DNA of 64,000 nt from Escherichia coli (lineage in GTDB: Bacteria; Pseudomonadota; Gammaproteobacteria; Enterobacterales; Enterobacteriaceae). Made by a program: the position numbers and the translations under genes. Under the pieces are notes generated by a model. The model searched no databases. It worked only from the letters and a program-made list of their open reading frames with translations, and was not told the origin of the DNA. The stretch lies in the NCBI RefSeq assembly GCF_016026235.1, contig NZ_CP065613.1; one strand, written 5' to 3'. Position 1 is the stretch's first letter. Every line of letters begins with the position of its first letter. Positions 1 through 11,162 of the stretch are shown here, piece after piece.

Positions 1-744
1 CGCTCCTTCATTTTTCGCCAGGCCTTTAATCAGGAAGGCCACGCAGGTGCCGAAAATCGCCATCGCCATGATGTCCACCTTGAGGTACAGCACCGCGAAG
101 AATCCGCCGATAAACCACGGCAGCAGGCTCTTTTTACCAATCACCATAATGGTGATGGCGAAGCCCAGCGCTGGGAGAATCCCGCCCATGATTTCAAACG
201 AGTGGGTCAGCCAGTGCGGCATCAGCTTGAGGAAACTTTCCACTACGTTCTGGCCGAAGTAGTTGGCGGCGAACACCACTGGGAAACGTAGTACCAGCCC
301 CAGCAGCGCCGGGTAGAGAAAGGCGCAGCGCATAATGGCTGACATATTGGCCGTTTCCGCGTGTTTATCGGCCATATGCACCCAGGCCGCATTTAGCGTG
401 CGACGCAACTGGTCGAGGAATACGCCGATAACGCCAAATGGAATCGCCAGTGCAATCGCCAGGTTCGGGTCCATATTGGCCTTAACGGCGATAGGAATGG
501 CGATACAGGCCGCCAGCGCCGGGTCTGACGGCACATTGCCGCCTGGCGTTGAGGTCACACCCAGATAGACCAACTGCATCCCCGCGCCGATAATCATCGC
601 CGCAGGCATATTGCCGAGCAGCAGGCCGACAAAGACCGCCACCACCACTGGCTGTAACAGCATGGCGGAGAAGGTATAGCCAAGGCGCAACCGGGCAAAC
701 CAGTAATACAGCCCCATCAGGCTTGCAAAAAGTAAGGTATCCAT
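1..744 (-). CDS. PTS mannose/sorbose-family EIIC component (partial, runs off window start)
   Basis: Minus-strand reading frame from ATG at 744 to position 1 without stop (not in ORF track because no stop in window); translation MDTLLFASLMGLYYWFARLRLGYTF... is hydrophobic multi-pass and resembles mannose-family IIC; follows IIA and IIB genes on same strand. Confidence 0.6.
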   Translation of the reverse strand, partial: MDTLLFASLMGLYYWFARLRLGYTFSAMLLQPVVVAVFVGLLLGNMPAAMIIGAGMQLVYLGVTSTPGGNVPSDPALAACIAIPIAVKANMDPNLAIALAIPFGVIGVFLDQLRRTLNAAWVHMADKHAETANMSAIMRCAFLYPALLGLVLRFPVVFAANYFGQNVVESFLKLMPHWLTHSFEIMGGILPALGFAITIMVIGKKSLLPWFIGGFFAVLYLKVDIMAMAIFGTCVAFLIKGLAKNEGA

Positions 745-769
745 AATTTGTTATCCCATGTTCAGAGGG

Positions 770-1255
770 TCAGAATTTTTTCAGGATATCGTCCAGCGAC
801 TGCGGTTTATCTTCCGGGATGGTCTGGAAAACAGCCTTAATGCCGCGACTTTTCAAATCGTTAAGAATGCCAACGTCTTTTTCATCCAGCGTTATGTTCT
901 GGAACACCGCTTTACGGTTTGGCCCGCCGCCTAAACCGCCAACCTGAATATCAGCCACGTCAAAGCCCTGCTGCACCGCTTCCTGAATCGCCGCCAGCGA
1001 CGGGAACAGCACCAGCACGTTGCCGTCGCCCAGCTGGTTCTCTTTCCACGCGGCCGCGAAGCTCTGGTTGCTAAAGCAGTCCACTTTGATATTCGGCGGC
1101 GCGGCCATCAGGTAGATATTTTTCATAAACGGATCGGCGTCCAGCTCGTCGCTGACCACCGCAATACGGTTGGCCTGAGACTGCCCTACCCACTTCGTCA
1201 CCACCTGTCCGTGGATAAGACGGCTGTCAATGCGACATAACACGATGTTTGCCAT
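770..1255 (-). CDS. PTS mannose/sorbose-family EIIB component
   Basis: 161-aa ORF with RIDSRLIHGQV motif typical of mannose-family IIB phospho-histidine region. Confidence 0.7.
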   Translation of the reverse strand: MANIVLCRIDSRLIHGQVVTKWVGQSQANRIAVVSDELDADPFMKNIYLMAAPPNIKVDCFSNQSFAAAWKENQLGDGNVLVLFPSLAAIQEAVQQGFDVADIQVGGLGGGPNRKAVFQNITLDEKDVGILNDLKSRGIKAVFQTIPEDKPQSLDDILKKF

Positions 1256-1265
1256 ACGATTTTCC

Positions 1266-1694
1266 TTACTGTTGTAATTGACGAATATGGGAGACGACGT
1301 CCAGGCAACTGTTGCGCCCAGCTTCCACCAGATCGGCCACGCAGGCGGTCAGTGGGCCATGTTCGCGCTTGTCCAGCGCCTCCAGCAGCAGCGAGGCATT
1401 AAGCCCGGAGATCACCGCCACCGGATAATCGGCGCTCAGCCGCGCCGCCACGTTAGAGGTGGTGCCGCCGATAAAATCGGTCACGATAAGCGAACCTTCC
1501 GGCATGGTTTTCACCACGGCTTCGACGCGCTGGTAAAACTCGCCCAGCGTATCGACGGGCATCAGCGCGATTTCCGTCACGCCTTCGATTTCGCCCATCA
1601 CCATGCGCAGACTGTTGCAGAGCTGCAGCCCCCAGCCGCCGTGAGTTAGCAGCAGAATTTCAGGTAACGGATGAATAGGTACAGTTGTGGTCAA
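1266..1694 (-). CDS. PTS mannose-family EIIA component (TTG start)
   Basis: 142-aa ORF, LLLTHGGWG motif of EIIA-Man; AAGGAGG Shine-Dalgarno 6 nt upstream of TTG start on minus strand. Confidence 0.65.
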   Translation of the reverse strand: MTTTVPIHPLPEILLLTHGGWGLQLCNSLRMVMGEIEGVTEIALMPVDTLGEFYQRVEAVVKTMPEGSLIVTDFIGGTTSNVAARLSADYPVAVISGLNASLLLEALDKREHGPLTACVADLVEAGRNSCLDVVSHIRQLQQ

Positions 1695-1732
1695 AATAGC
1701 CTCCTTTGCTCCAGTGTTTACATTTCATCAGG

Positions 1733-1748
1733 AGCAAAGGACGTGCCA
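1733..1748 (-). promoter_or_regulatory. sigma-54 (-24/-12) promoter for the PTS operon
   Basis: Minus-strand sequence TGGCACGTCCTTTGCT matches TGGCAC-N5-TTGCW consensus exactly in spacing; located between LevR-like activator gene and PTS EIIA. Confidence 0.6.
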
Positions 1749-1812
1749 GAATTTGTGTCACGCACAGAGGAAATGAGATTGGATGGGGCGTTAAGCCCCG
1801 TAAACCAGGGGA

Positions 1813-4653
1813 TCAGCTGTAGAGCAGTTCGTAGATATAAAAATATTCTGCGTCCGATAAACGGATAGCGTAAGCCTCTTCAATCGGCAAAAAGGAGGAT
1901 TTGATGACGCTAAAGGCACGAGCGTCCAGATCAAGCCGGTTTTCTAGCGCCATCTGTAACGGTTTGCGGTTAATCACGATACGCTCGACCATGCAGCAGC
2001 AGTGGATCAGAAAACGTAGTGTCACCTGGCGGCTCGGTTTCAGGGAGAGCGTGTTGGTTAAGTAGTTCAGAACATCCTCGATCTCTTTCAGAATTCGCTG
2101 CGGGTTGAGCACCGAAATATGGTTGATGATGCTCTCCATGGTCAGCGCGCTGATAAAGCGCATGGCGCTGCGCTCCATCTCCAGTCGGCGCTCGCTGCTT
2201 GAGAGATCCGGCGTCAGCAGGCTGAGCACCAGCTCCGGCCCTTGCTCGGAAAACAGTTCCTCCAGCGAGATAAACGGTATATCCGGCAGTCCCGGCTGGA
2301 AGGTGCCGACGATCCCTGCCAGCCGTTCACTGGCATTAAGCGCCTGCTGAATACGCTCCAGGCTGCGCACCTCGTTATAGTCGAGAATCACCATACGCGT
2401 GTCCTGCGACATCAGCTCGCCAAAGCTCTCCTCCAGCACCTTTTTGATCTTTTCCGCCGTCCCCATTCCGGTTATACATGAGATAACCAGCACTTTGCCA
2501 CCGCTCTCTTGCTGCGGCGTGCAGAGCCGACAAGGGATATTTTTACTCTGCATAAGCACAGCCAATTGCGATAGATCGCCAGTTTCGTAGCTTAAATCCA
2601 GCCCAACCTCCAGCAGGCTGGTCAGAGTGATATTTGGCAACAACAGAACGTCAATCTGGAACAGCTTGCTGATGGTGCTGCCAAAATGGACCAGCGATCC
2701 GATATCCACCATCAGTATCAGCCGCTGCCAGCACCGGTCCTGAATCATCCGGGTCAGGGTTTCCAGGGTGTCATGCACCGACTGCTCAAATGGCATATCA
2801 ATTGCGTAGAACAGATCGCGCTCCAGCACCCGGTTCACATATTGCGCCTGGCTCGTTGCGGTGGTCGCACCGTGAGCGATTAGAATCACGCCGCAATCCG
2901 GGCTGGTGTCGATGCGCTGGCGGTAGTGGCGACACTCTTTCAGGAACAGGCACAGCCAGACCACCTCCGTCGCCGGGCACTGAATATGCAACAACTCATT
3001 GATTTTGCGGCACAGAAGCGTGGCATTGTCATACTCATCTTTACAGCGATCCAGAATCAGGCTGGATGAATAGAGTTGAGGTATAAGCCCTCGCCGCACA
3101 TAGCCAATCAGCGCAAGAAAGTGTTTACGTAACGGGTTCGCCAGGTTTTCTGGCAATGTAAATCCTAATACCTGCTCCACGTAACCGATCAGCAGCGTCA
3201 CACGCTCCTCAATTTGATCGCCATAGCGCGGTGGATGCGCCGCACTATGGCGGCTATAAAGACCATATTCAAAAATCGAACTGAGTTTGTTTTTCAGGAT
3301 AGCCAGCGTTTCTGCGGGCGGCACGTTACTGTTGCGCAGATTGACATATTCACGAGTCAGGAAACTGTAAAACAGGTCGCTCTCTTCTATTTCCGCGCTG
3401 GTCGCCAACGAATTTTTTAACGCGGGCAACGTACGCGCATCCACGTTCAGACGATCTTTACCGCCAAACAACGCATCGACCAGCAGACGCTGCTCTGGCG
3501 TGGTATTAAACGACATCTCCGCCAGTCGTTTATCTAACTCTAGCGTATCATTACGCTCGGTCATTCCCGACGCCCACGCCTGCGCGCACAAGAACTGAAT
3601 ATCACTTTTAAGCTGGCCGATATTGCCTTCCAGGGGTTTACTTAACAACCAATGCAAGAGCGTTTTATCAAGGCTTATGGTACGTTCAATTTTACGACTT
3701 TCACGCTGAAAAAAGCTTACAATCAATTCGAGCTGCTCCTCGACCGAACGCTGGCGAATACCCGGTAAGTCAATACATACCTGGATACGCCGCTGGAAGG
3801 TACGCAATAGTGCCGAGTTGACCGACTCTGTAGTGGCGCAAATAAGGCGCACCGAAATTGAATATGTTGGCCCACTTGAACCAAGTGGGCGGTATTCACC
3901 TTTATCGAGAATAGAAAAGAGCTTCTCTTGTCCTTCGTACGGGAGGCGATGCACTTCATCCAGAAGTAAATAACCTCCGTCAGCTTGCTCCACCAATCCC
4001 GTTTTATTCTCACTTGCCCCGGTAAATGCCCCCTTATGGTGACCAAACAGATGTGAGGAAAGCAACTCCGGATTATGAGCATATTCGGCACAGTTAAAGT
4101 AAACCAACGGAGGTGGCGAACCTATGGTGTGCTTGCAAGCGAAGCAATGCATTAACTCAGCAAAGAATGTTTTGCCAACACCAGATGCACCGGTTAACAG
4201 CACATGTAGTCCGTGGGGATAAAGCACCGCTGCGCGGCCTTTTTCTACCGCATCACGGAGACTACGGTCGTATCCGATAAGTCCGGAAAACGGATCATCA
4301 TCTGTATATTTTTCTTTCTTTGGCAATAAACTAGCCACTGAATGAACTATGCATTCGCAATCATCCAGTTTTCGATTAATGAGCAATTCTAGTGCGTGAC
4401 GATGTAGAAAAAAAACAGGACGTCCCTGACTTTTTACCACCAGGCCTTCATTCCATAATTGATTAAGATCTTTACTAACCGAGTTGCGTGCCAGCCCAAG
4501 GTTAAAACCAATCGCCTCAGCAGTAAATGCTTTCTCCTTCGCTAAATCAGACAGTTCCAGCCCATACGTCAGCCGCTCCAGCTCCTTGTGAATAACATCA
4601 ATCCGTCTCATTTCTTTACCGCTTAAAAAACAATAGTTGTTCAGAACATACAC
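1813..4653 (-). CDS. sigma-54-dependent LevR-type transcriptional activator with PTS regulation domains (true start may be the internal Met near 4611)
   Basis: 946-aa ORF; N-terminal HTH, AAA+ sigma54-interaction domain (GASGVGKTFFAELMH Walker A, LFGH-like motif), long C-terminal PRD/EIIA-like region; adjacent sigma-54 promoter and PTS genes. Confidence 0.75.
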   Translation of the reverse strand: MYVLNNYCFLSGKEMRRIDVIHKELERLTYGLELSDLAKEKAFTAEAIGFNLGLARNSVSKDLNQLWNEGLVVKSQGRPVFFLHRHALELLINRKLDDCECIVHSVASLLPKKEKYTDDDPFSGLIGYDRSLRDAVEKGRAAVLYPHGLHVLLTGASGVGKTFFAELMHCFACKHTIGSPPPLVYFNCAEYAHNPELLSSHLFGHHKGAFTGASENKTGLVEQADGGYLLLDEVHRLPYEGQEKLFSILDKGEYRPLGSSGPTYSISVRLICATTESVNSALLRTFQRRIQVCIDLPGIRQRSVEEQLELIVSFFQRESRKIERTISLDKTLLHWLLSKPLEGNIGQLKSDIQFLCAQAWASGMTERNDTLELDKRLAEMSFNTTPEQRLLVDALFGGKDRLNVDARTLPALKNSLATSAEIEESDLFYSFLTREYVNLRNSNVPPAETLAILKNKLSSIFEYGLYSRHSAAHPPRYGDQIEERVTLLIGYVEQVLGFTLPENLANPLRKHFLALIGYVRRGLIPQLYSSSLILDRCKDEYDNATLLCRKINELLHIQCPATEVVWLCLFLKECRHYRQRIDTSPDCGVILIAHGATTATSQAQYVNRVLERDLFYAIDMPFEQSVHDTLETLTRMIQDRCWQRLILMVDIGSLVHFGSTISKLFQIDVLLLPNITLTSLLEVGLDLSYETGDLSQLAVLMQSKNIPCRLCTPQQESGGKVLVISCITGMGTAEKIKKVLEESFGELMSQDTRMVILDYNEVRSLERIQQALNASERLAGIVGTFQPGLPDIPFISLEELFSEQGPELVLSLLTPDLSSSERRLEMERSAMRFISALTMESIINHISVLNPQRILKEIEDVLNYLTNTLSLKPSRQVTLRFLIHCCCMVERIVINRKPLQMALENRLDLDARAFSVIKSSFLPIEEAYAIRLSDAEYFYIYELLYS

Positions 4654-4869
4654 TATTTGTAAACGTAAGAATGAGAACTATCGGGAAGAATTAATGTTCC
4701 TTGTGGCAATCTGGTTTCTGAATATTCGTGTTTTAAATATTACTTATGGTCTGAAACAACCAGGCAGGTGAACAGAGCTAAGAAAAAGTAGCGTAGAAAT
4801 ATAAAAACATATATCGCACTGATGAATGTTTCCCGGCATGACTATGCACACCGGGAAATATTTAGTAAA

Positions 4870-5790
4870 TTACTCGCCCTTTTTCGCCGCCTGAATATAC
4901 AGCATCTCCAGCGCCAGCGTCGCCGCAGCCAGAGCGGTGATTTCCGACTGATCATATGCCGGAGCCACTTCCACTACGTCCATCCCAACGATGTTGAGAT
5001 CTTTCAGGCCGCGTACCAGTTTAATAGCGCGATCGGAGGTCAGGCCGCCAATCACTGGCGTACCGGTGCCTGGTGCAAAAGCAGGATCCAGGCAGTCGAT
5101 ATCAAAGGTCAGGTAAACCGGCATATCACCCACAATCTGTTTCACCTGGGCGATAACGTCATCCACGCTGCGATCGTTCACCTGGCAGGCGTCCAGTACG
5201 GTAAAGCCGTTGTCTTTATCAAACTCGGTACGAATACCAATCTGCACGGAATGATTCGGGTCGATCAGACCTTCTTTCGGCGCGGTATAGAACATGGTGC
5301 CGTGGTCAAATTCACAACCGTTCGCGTAGGTATCGGTGTGGGCGTCGAAGTGTACCAGCGCCATTTTGCCGAAATGCTTAGCATGAGCACGCAGCAGCGG
5401 CAGCGTAACAAAGTGGTCACCACCGAAAGAGAGCATACGCTTACCGGCAGCCAGCAACTTCTCGGCGTGTGCCTGCAGTTTTTCGCTCATCTCACGGGCA
5501 TCGCCGAAGGCATATACCAGATCACCGCAGTCCACGACGTTCAGGCGCTCACGCATGTCGAAATTCCACGGGAAGCGGTTGTGTTCCCAGGCCAGATTCG
5601 TCGAAACCTGACGGATCGCTGCCGGACCGTGACGACCACCGGCACGGCCAGAGGTGGCCATGTCGAACGGCACGCCGGTGATCACCCAGTCGGCATCGCT
5701 GTCATACGGCTGGAAGTTCATCGGCAGGCGTAAAAAACCAAAGGCGTTGGAAACCAGTGAGTTATCGTATTGATGACCTAAGGTGCTCAT
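4870..5790 (-). CDS. speB: agmatinase
   Basis: Translation [26 protein letters not shown]... matches E. coli SpeB over full 306 aa; ORF-track N-terminal extension to 5874 rejected. Confidence 0.9.
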   Translation of the reverse strand: MSTLGHQYDNSLVSNAFGFLRLPMNFQPYDSDADWVITGVPFDMATSGRAGGRHGPAAIRQVSTNLAWEHNRFPWNFDMRERLNVVDCGDLVYAFGDAREMSEKLQAHAEKLLAAGKRMLSFGGDHFVTLPLLRAHAKHFGKMALVHFDAHTDTYANGCEFDHGTMFYTAPKEGLIDPNHSVQIGIRTEFDKDNGFTVLDACQVNDRSVDDVIAQVKQIVGDMPVYLTFDIDCLDPAFAPGTGTPVIGGLTSDRAIKLVRGLKDLNIVGMDVVEVAPAYDQSEITALAAATLALEMLYIQAAKKGE

Positions 5791-5924
5791 GGATGGACTC
5801 CTATTACAAAGTCGATATAAAAAACCCTTCCGCGTCGTTAGGCCCGACGAGGAAGGGTTGGATTTGCGAAACACAAGTTTGTGCTAATTATCGCCTTAAA
5901 TGGGCGAGGCATCAAGCGAGGTTG

Positions 5925-6656
5925 CTATTTCCGACACGGTGGCGGCGCATAGCCATTGTTATCTGCCGGAAAGGCTTGTCCAGAGCACGGCGGCAGCGCG
6001 TTTTGCGCTGGGCCTTGTAATTCAAAGGCGGCAAAGCCGATTACCCCGGTATTACGCACATCGCCTTGCGCCGAATTGGCTGCGTAGGAATCAGCAACGT
6101 TGGCGAACTGAAAAGCCGCTTCGGTATGTTTATCTTTGCGGAATCCTTTAATCGCTAACGAATCTCCGGCATTCACAATATAGCCGTTGTTATTCAGCGA
6201 ACCTTGCTTGCCGTTCAGCACATCCATGCCATCAACCGTAGCAACGATCTCGTAGTTGGTGTTACGACTGTAATTACGGACATATAATTGATAATTCATT
6301 CCGACTCTGGCATGGACAATATAGCGTGGTTCATTATTGGATGAATCATAAACACGCGTAATAGGTAGAGAATTAAAATTACCATCGCGAATAGCATATT
6401 CCAGTTCGTTAATACGAATGCTATAAACGCGGTCATAGCCGGAAGGAACATTAGTCGAATAACTAATAACGATCATCTCTGCAGGATCGCGCCAGGCTCG
6501 TTCAGCAGATACGCCCTGGACCGATGAGTGCACATCCCCACCCCAGGCGGTGCCGACATTGCCCGATGCACTGCTATTATACTGCGCATTACTGGAACAA
6601 CCGGCCAGCAGCACGATTAATGCCACCAACGCGCTACGTACTTTCCATTTTTTCAT
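5925..6656 (-). CDS. hypothetical lipoprotein (signal peptide with LAGC lipobox)
   Basis: 243-aa ORF, N-terminus MKKWKVRSALVALIVLLAGCSS; sits between speB and speA where I recall only a short intergenic gap in K-12. Confidence 0.5.
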   Translation of the reverse strand: MKKWKVRSALVALIVLLAGCSSNAQYNSSASGNVGTAWGGDVHSSVQGVSAERAWRDPAEMIVISYSTNVPSGYDRVYSIRINELEYAIRDGNFNSLPITRVYDSSNNEPRYIVHARVGMNYQLYVRNYSRNTNYEIVATVDGMDVLNGKQGSLNNNGYIVNAGDSLAIKGFRKDKHTEAAFQFANVADSYAANSAQGDVRNTGVIGFAAFELQGPAQNALPPCSGQAFPADNNGYAPPPCRK

Positions 6657-6801
6657 AACCGTTCCCTCTGCATTTAATTAATGCAGCGATTGTAGGGAGA
6701 TTATTTAATAAGAAAAGCAGCCAGATTATTTTTAAGAATATATAAAAAGAAAGCGGGCCGATTTACGTAAATAAATCGACCCGCCAGCGGAATAATCTTA
6801 A

Positions 6802-8778
6802 TTATTCATCTTCAAGATAAGTATAACCGTACAAACCTGCCTCGAACTCTTCAAGGAACTGTTGTTGCAGTTCAGCATCAAGATCGGTTTTCTTCACTTG
6901 ATCGCGGAACTGGGTTAACAGCGTTTTCGGATCGAGCTGTACATATTGCAGCATGTCCGCCACGGTATCGCCTTCGTCAGACAGTTCTACTTCTACGCTA
7001 CCGTCAGGGAACACGAACACGTCAACCGCTTCGGTATCACCGAACAGGTTGTGCATATTGCCAAGGATCTCCTGATATGCGCCGACCATAAAGAAACCGA
7101 GCATCGGCGGATTCTCTGGATCGTACTCCGGCATTGGCATTGTCGTGGCAATACCATCACCATCAATATAGTGGTCGATAGCACCGTCAGAGTCACAGGT
7201 AATATCCAGCAGCACAGCGCGGCGTTCCGGCACTTGATCCAGCCCTTCCAGCGGCAGAACCGGGAACAACTGGTCGATCCCCCACGCATCCGGCATCGAC
7301 TGGAACAGCGAGAAGTTGACGTACATTTTGTCTGCCATACGTTCCTGCAGCTCGTCGATAATCGGACGATGAGCACGGTTTTGCGGATCCAGTTGCTTCT
7401 GCACTTCATGGCACATGCTCAGATAGAGTTGTTCTGCCCATGCACGTTCTTGCAGGCTAAAGGTGCCGGAAGAGTAGCCGATATGAATGTCGTGCAGATC
7501 CATCTGGCTGTCGTGTAACCATTCACGCAAAGAACGGCGAGTTCCCGGTTCGTGCATCTCCTGCCAGGTTTCCCACATGCTTTGCAGCGCGCGCGGCGCA
7601 TCTTCTGCGGGCGCGGTCGGCACCGTATATTCGTTACGTTCCACGCCGATGATATTCGATACCAGCACGGTGTGATGCGCAGTTACCGCACGACCCGATT
7701 CGGTGATTACCGTCGGATGCGGCAGACCATTTTCTTCACACGCATCACCAATCGCCCAGATGATGTTGTTGGCGTATTCATTGAGGCCATAGTTTACGGA
7801 GCAGTCAGACTGCGAACGGGTGCCTTCATAGTCCACGCCCAGACCGCCGCCGACGTCGAAGCACTGAATATTGACGCCCAGCTTGTGCAGTTCCACATAG
7901 AAACGCGCGGATTCACGAACGCCTGTCGCGATATCGCGAATATTCGCCATCTGCGAACCGAGGTGGAAGTGCAGTAGTTGCAGGCTGTCGAGACGCCCGG
8001 CTTCACGCAGGGTTTCAACCAGTTGCAGTACCTGAGTCGCAGCCAGGCCGAACTTCGATTTTTCCCCGCCGGAGGACTGCCATTTACCCGAGCCCTGCGA
8101 GGCCAGACGTGCACGCACGCCCAGACGAGGAACGACATTCAGACGTTCTGCTTCATCCAGCACAATGGCGATTTCTGACATCTTCTCAATGACCAGATAG
8201 ACCTTGTGCCCCATCTTCTCGCCAATTAATGCCAGGCGGATATATTCGCGGTCTTTATAACCGTTGCAGACGATGACGCTACGGGTCATGCCAGCATGTG
8301 CCAGCACCGCCATCAACTCTGCTTTGGAACCGGCTTCCAGACCCAGCGGTTCGCCCGAATGAATCAGGGACTCGATCACGCGGCGGTGCTGGTTAACTTT
8401 GATCGGATAAACAAGGAAGTAATCGCCGTTATAGCCGTAGGATTCCCTCGCACGTTTGAACGCGGCGTTAATGGAACGCAAACGGTGCTGCAGGATCTGT
8501 GGGAAACAGAACAGTGCAGGCAGACGCTGACCCTGTGCTTCACGAGTTTTCACTAACTGCGCGAGATCGACGCGAGCTTCCGGGACGTCCGGGTCTGGGC
8601 ACACGCTGATGTGGCCCAGCTCGTTAACGTCATAGTAGTTATTGCCCCACCAGGCAATATTGTAAGTACGCAGCATCTTGCTGGCTTCCTGGGAGCTCAT
8701 TGCAACCTCCTGCATGGAGCGTAGTACACCGTGTTCGCCCGCTGACGAAGGCAAACCCATAGACATGTCGTCAGACAT
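6802..8778 (-). CDS. speA: biosynthetic arginine decarboxylase
   Basis: 658-aa product starting [25 protein letters not shown]..., matches E. coli SpeA. Confidence 0.9.
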
Positions 8779-8786
8779 AGCGAACC

Positions 8787-8918
8787 TCAAATTATTTTAT
8801 TAAGTGTAAAACAGTTAACGACTATCGCAGCCTGGAACTGCGATAACAACCCATAAGCACATGGATTTTCCAGCAGTGTATGCTGACGCTCCGACTGCGC
8901 AACCGGTTTCTTTTTCAT
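8787..8918 (-). CDS. yqgB: small protein YqgB (43 aa)
   Basis: Manual reverse-complement translation gives [43 protein letters not shown]; immediately upstream of speA on same strand. Confidence 0.75.
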
Positions 8919-9053
8919 AACATTATTAAGCACATAACCGAACGTAAGTGTGACAGTTCGGCGAAACCACGAGAAAACTCTTGTTTTTACAAGAGCGCCC
9001 TTGTTCAGTCCTCAGTAACTGTAACCAGCTCTTGAATCCTGAGAAGCGCCGAG

Positions 9054-9269
9054 ATGGGTATAACATCGGCAGGTATGCAAAGCAGAGATGCAGAGTGCGG
9101 GGAACGAATCTTCACCAGAACGGTGAGACAGGTTAAGCAGCAGACAACGGTTCATTATTTCGTATCACCTCCACGGCCGCCTGTTAAGACGAACCCACAA
9201 GCCAAAACTCTGATTTCAACCCGGCTGGAAGTGGCAACACGAAAGAAACGTCGTGTGCTTTTTATTTAA
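9054..9269 (+). CDS. yqgC: small ORF, possibly yqgC (71 aa)
   Basis: 71-aa ORF in the position and of the length of K-12 yqgC; no functional motif. Confidence 0.35.
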
Positions 9270-9532
9270 GCCGCGCGCCGCGTTTTATACCCCACAATGG
9301 CAGAAAATTGCAAAAGATAAATACGCAGAATGCCGGCATTGTCAGGAAAAATTTCCAGCCACGTTTTTAACAGAATGAGACACGATTCAAAAAAAAGTGG
9401 AAATCGGGTGAAGAATTGACCTAAAATAGCCATCCAGATGTTAATCCATCCATACCGATTAACACTCAGACTGCCAGTGTTTTTAACTTGCAGAGTCGTG
9501 GTAGGATCCGCTACCACAGAAAATCCACACAA
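9266..9532 (-). CDS. yqgD: small ORF, possibly yqgD
   Basis: 88-aa ORF upstream of metK at the position of K-12 yqgD; weak. Confidence 0.3.
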
Positions 9533-9572
9533 CAGTTTGAGCTAACCAAATTCTCTTTAGGTGATATTAAAT

Positions 9573-10727
9573 ATGGCAAAACACCTTTTTACGTCCGAGT
9601 CCGTCTCTGAAGGGCATCCTGACAAAATTGCTGACCAAATCTCTGATGCCGTTTTAGACGCGATCCTCGAACAGGATCCGAAAGCACGCGTTGCTTGCGA
9701 AACCTACGTAAAAACCGGCATGGTTTTAGTTGGCGGCGAAATCACCACCAGCGCCTGGGTAGACATCGAAGAGATCACCCGTAACACCGTTCGCGAAATT
9801 GGCTATGTGCATTCCGACATGGGCTTTGACGCTAACTCCTGTGCGGTTCTGAGCGCTATCGGCAAACAGTCTCCTGACATCAACCAGGGCGTTGACCGTG
9901 CCGATCCGCTGGAACAGGGCGCGGGTGACCAGGGTCTGATGTTTGGCTACGCAACTAATGAAACCGACGTGCTGATGCCAGCACCTATCACCTATGCACA
10001 CCGTCTGGTACAGCGTCAGGCTGAAGTGCGTAAAAACGGCACTCTGCCGTGGCTGCGCCCGGACGCGAAAAGCCAGGTGACTTTCCAGTATGACGACGGC
10101 AAAATCGTTGGTATTGATGCTGTCGTGCTTTCCACTCAGCACTCTGAAGAGATCGACCAGAAATCGCTGCAAGAAGCGGTAATGGAAGAGATCATCAAGC
10201 CAATTCTGCCCGCTGAATGGCTGACTTCTGCCACCAAATTCTTCATCAACCCGACCGGTCGTTTTGTTATCGGTGGCCCGATGGGTGACTGCGGTCTGAC
10301 TGGTCGTAAAATTATCGTTGATACCTACGGCGGCATGGCACGTCACGGTGGCGGAGCATTCTCTGGTAAAGATCCATCAAAAGTGGACCGTTCCGCAGCC
10401 TACGCAGCACGTTATGTCGCGAAAAACATCGTTGCTGCTGGCCTGGCCGATCGTTGTGAAATTCAGGTTTCCTACGCAATCGGCGTGGCTGAACCGACCT
10501 CCATCATGGTAGAAACTTTCGGTACTGAGAAAGTGCCTTCTGAACAACTGACTCTGCTGGTACGTGAGTTCTTCGACCTGCGCCCATACGGTCTGATTCA
10601 GATGCTGGATCTGCTGCACCCGATCTACAAAGAAACCGCAGCATACGGTCACTTTGGTCGTGAACATTTCCCGTGGGAAAAAACCGACAAAGCGCAGCTG
10701 CTGCGCGATGCTGCCGGTCTGAAGTAA
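9573..10727 (+). CDS. metK: S-adenosylmethionine synthetase
   Basis: 384-aa product [29 protein letters not shown]... [19 protein letters not shown] motifs; ORF-track start trimmed by 4 codons. Confidence 0.95.
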
Positions 10728-10740
10728 TCTTTCTTCACCT

Positions 10741-10775
10741 GCTTTCAAAGGCCAGCCTCGCGCTGGCCTTTTTCT
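10741..10775 (+). terminator. rho-independent terminator after metK
   Basis: GC hairpin aaggccagc-ctcgc-gctggcctt followed by T-run. Confidence 0.6.
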
Positions 10776-11162
10776 TTTACCTCACCGCGGTGGATAGGCA
10801 TTCACGCCGCATCCGGCAAAAAGCTGCCCGCACAATAACATCATTCTTCCTCAACACGTTTTATCGCAAATTATCATCACTACTGAAACCGATTACACCA
10901 ATAACACCAGCCAAATATTTGTAATATTTTCATATTATTATTCAGTTTTCACAGTTGTTACATTTCTTTTCAGTAAAGTCTTAATTGCAGATAACAGCGT
11001 TTAATCTATGATGATATAACTCAATTATTTTCATGCACTTAAACCATAACTAAGATAAATGTTAGTGTAAGCGATTACACTGATGTGATTTGCTTCACAT
11101 CTTTTTACGTCGTACTCACCTATCTTAATTCACAATAAAAAATAACCATATTGGAGGGCATC

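Noticed and set aside
47-568. Plus-strand ORFs 47-262 and 335-568
   Set aside because: They lie antisense within the minus-strand PTS EIIC reading frame, which gives a coherent membrane protein; treated as spurious
4822-5874. 303-aa plus-strand ORF and the 334-aa extended form of speB
   Set aside because: Plus ORF is antisense to speB; the SpeB product begins at MSTLGHQ (start 5790), so the upstream 28 codons are a non-coding extension
6946-8556. Several plus- and minus-strand ORFs inside speA (e.g. 6946-7518, 7552-7977)
   Set aside because: Overlap the well-supported speA frame on the opposite strand or other frames; typical GC-rich shadow ORFs
9440-9572. SAM riboswitch upstream of metK
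   Set aside because: E. coli metK is controlled by MetJ boxes rather than a SAM riboswitch, and I see no riboswitch-like conserved structure in the leader
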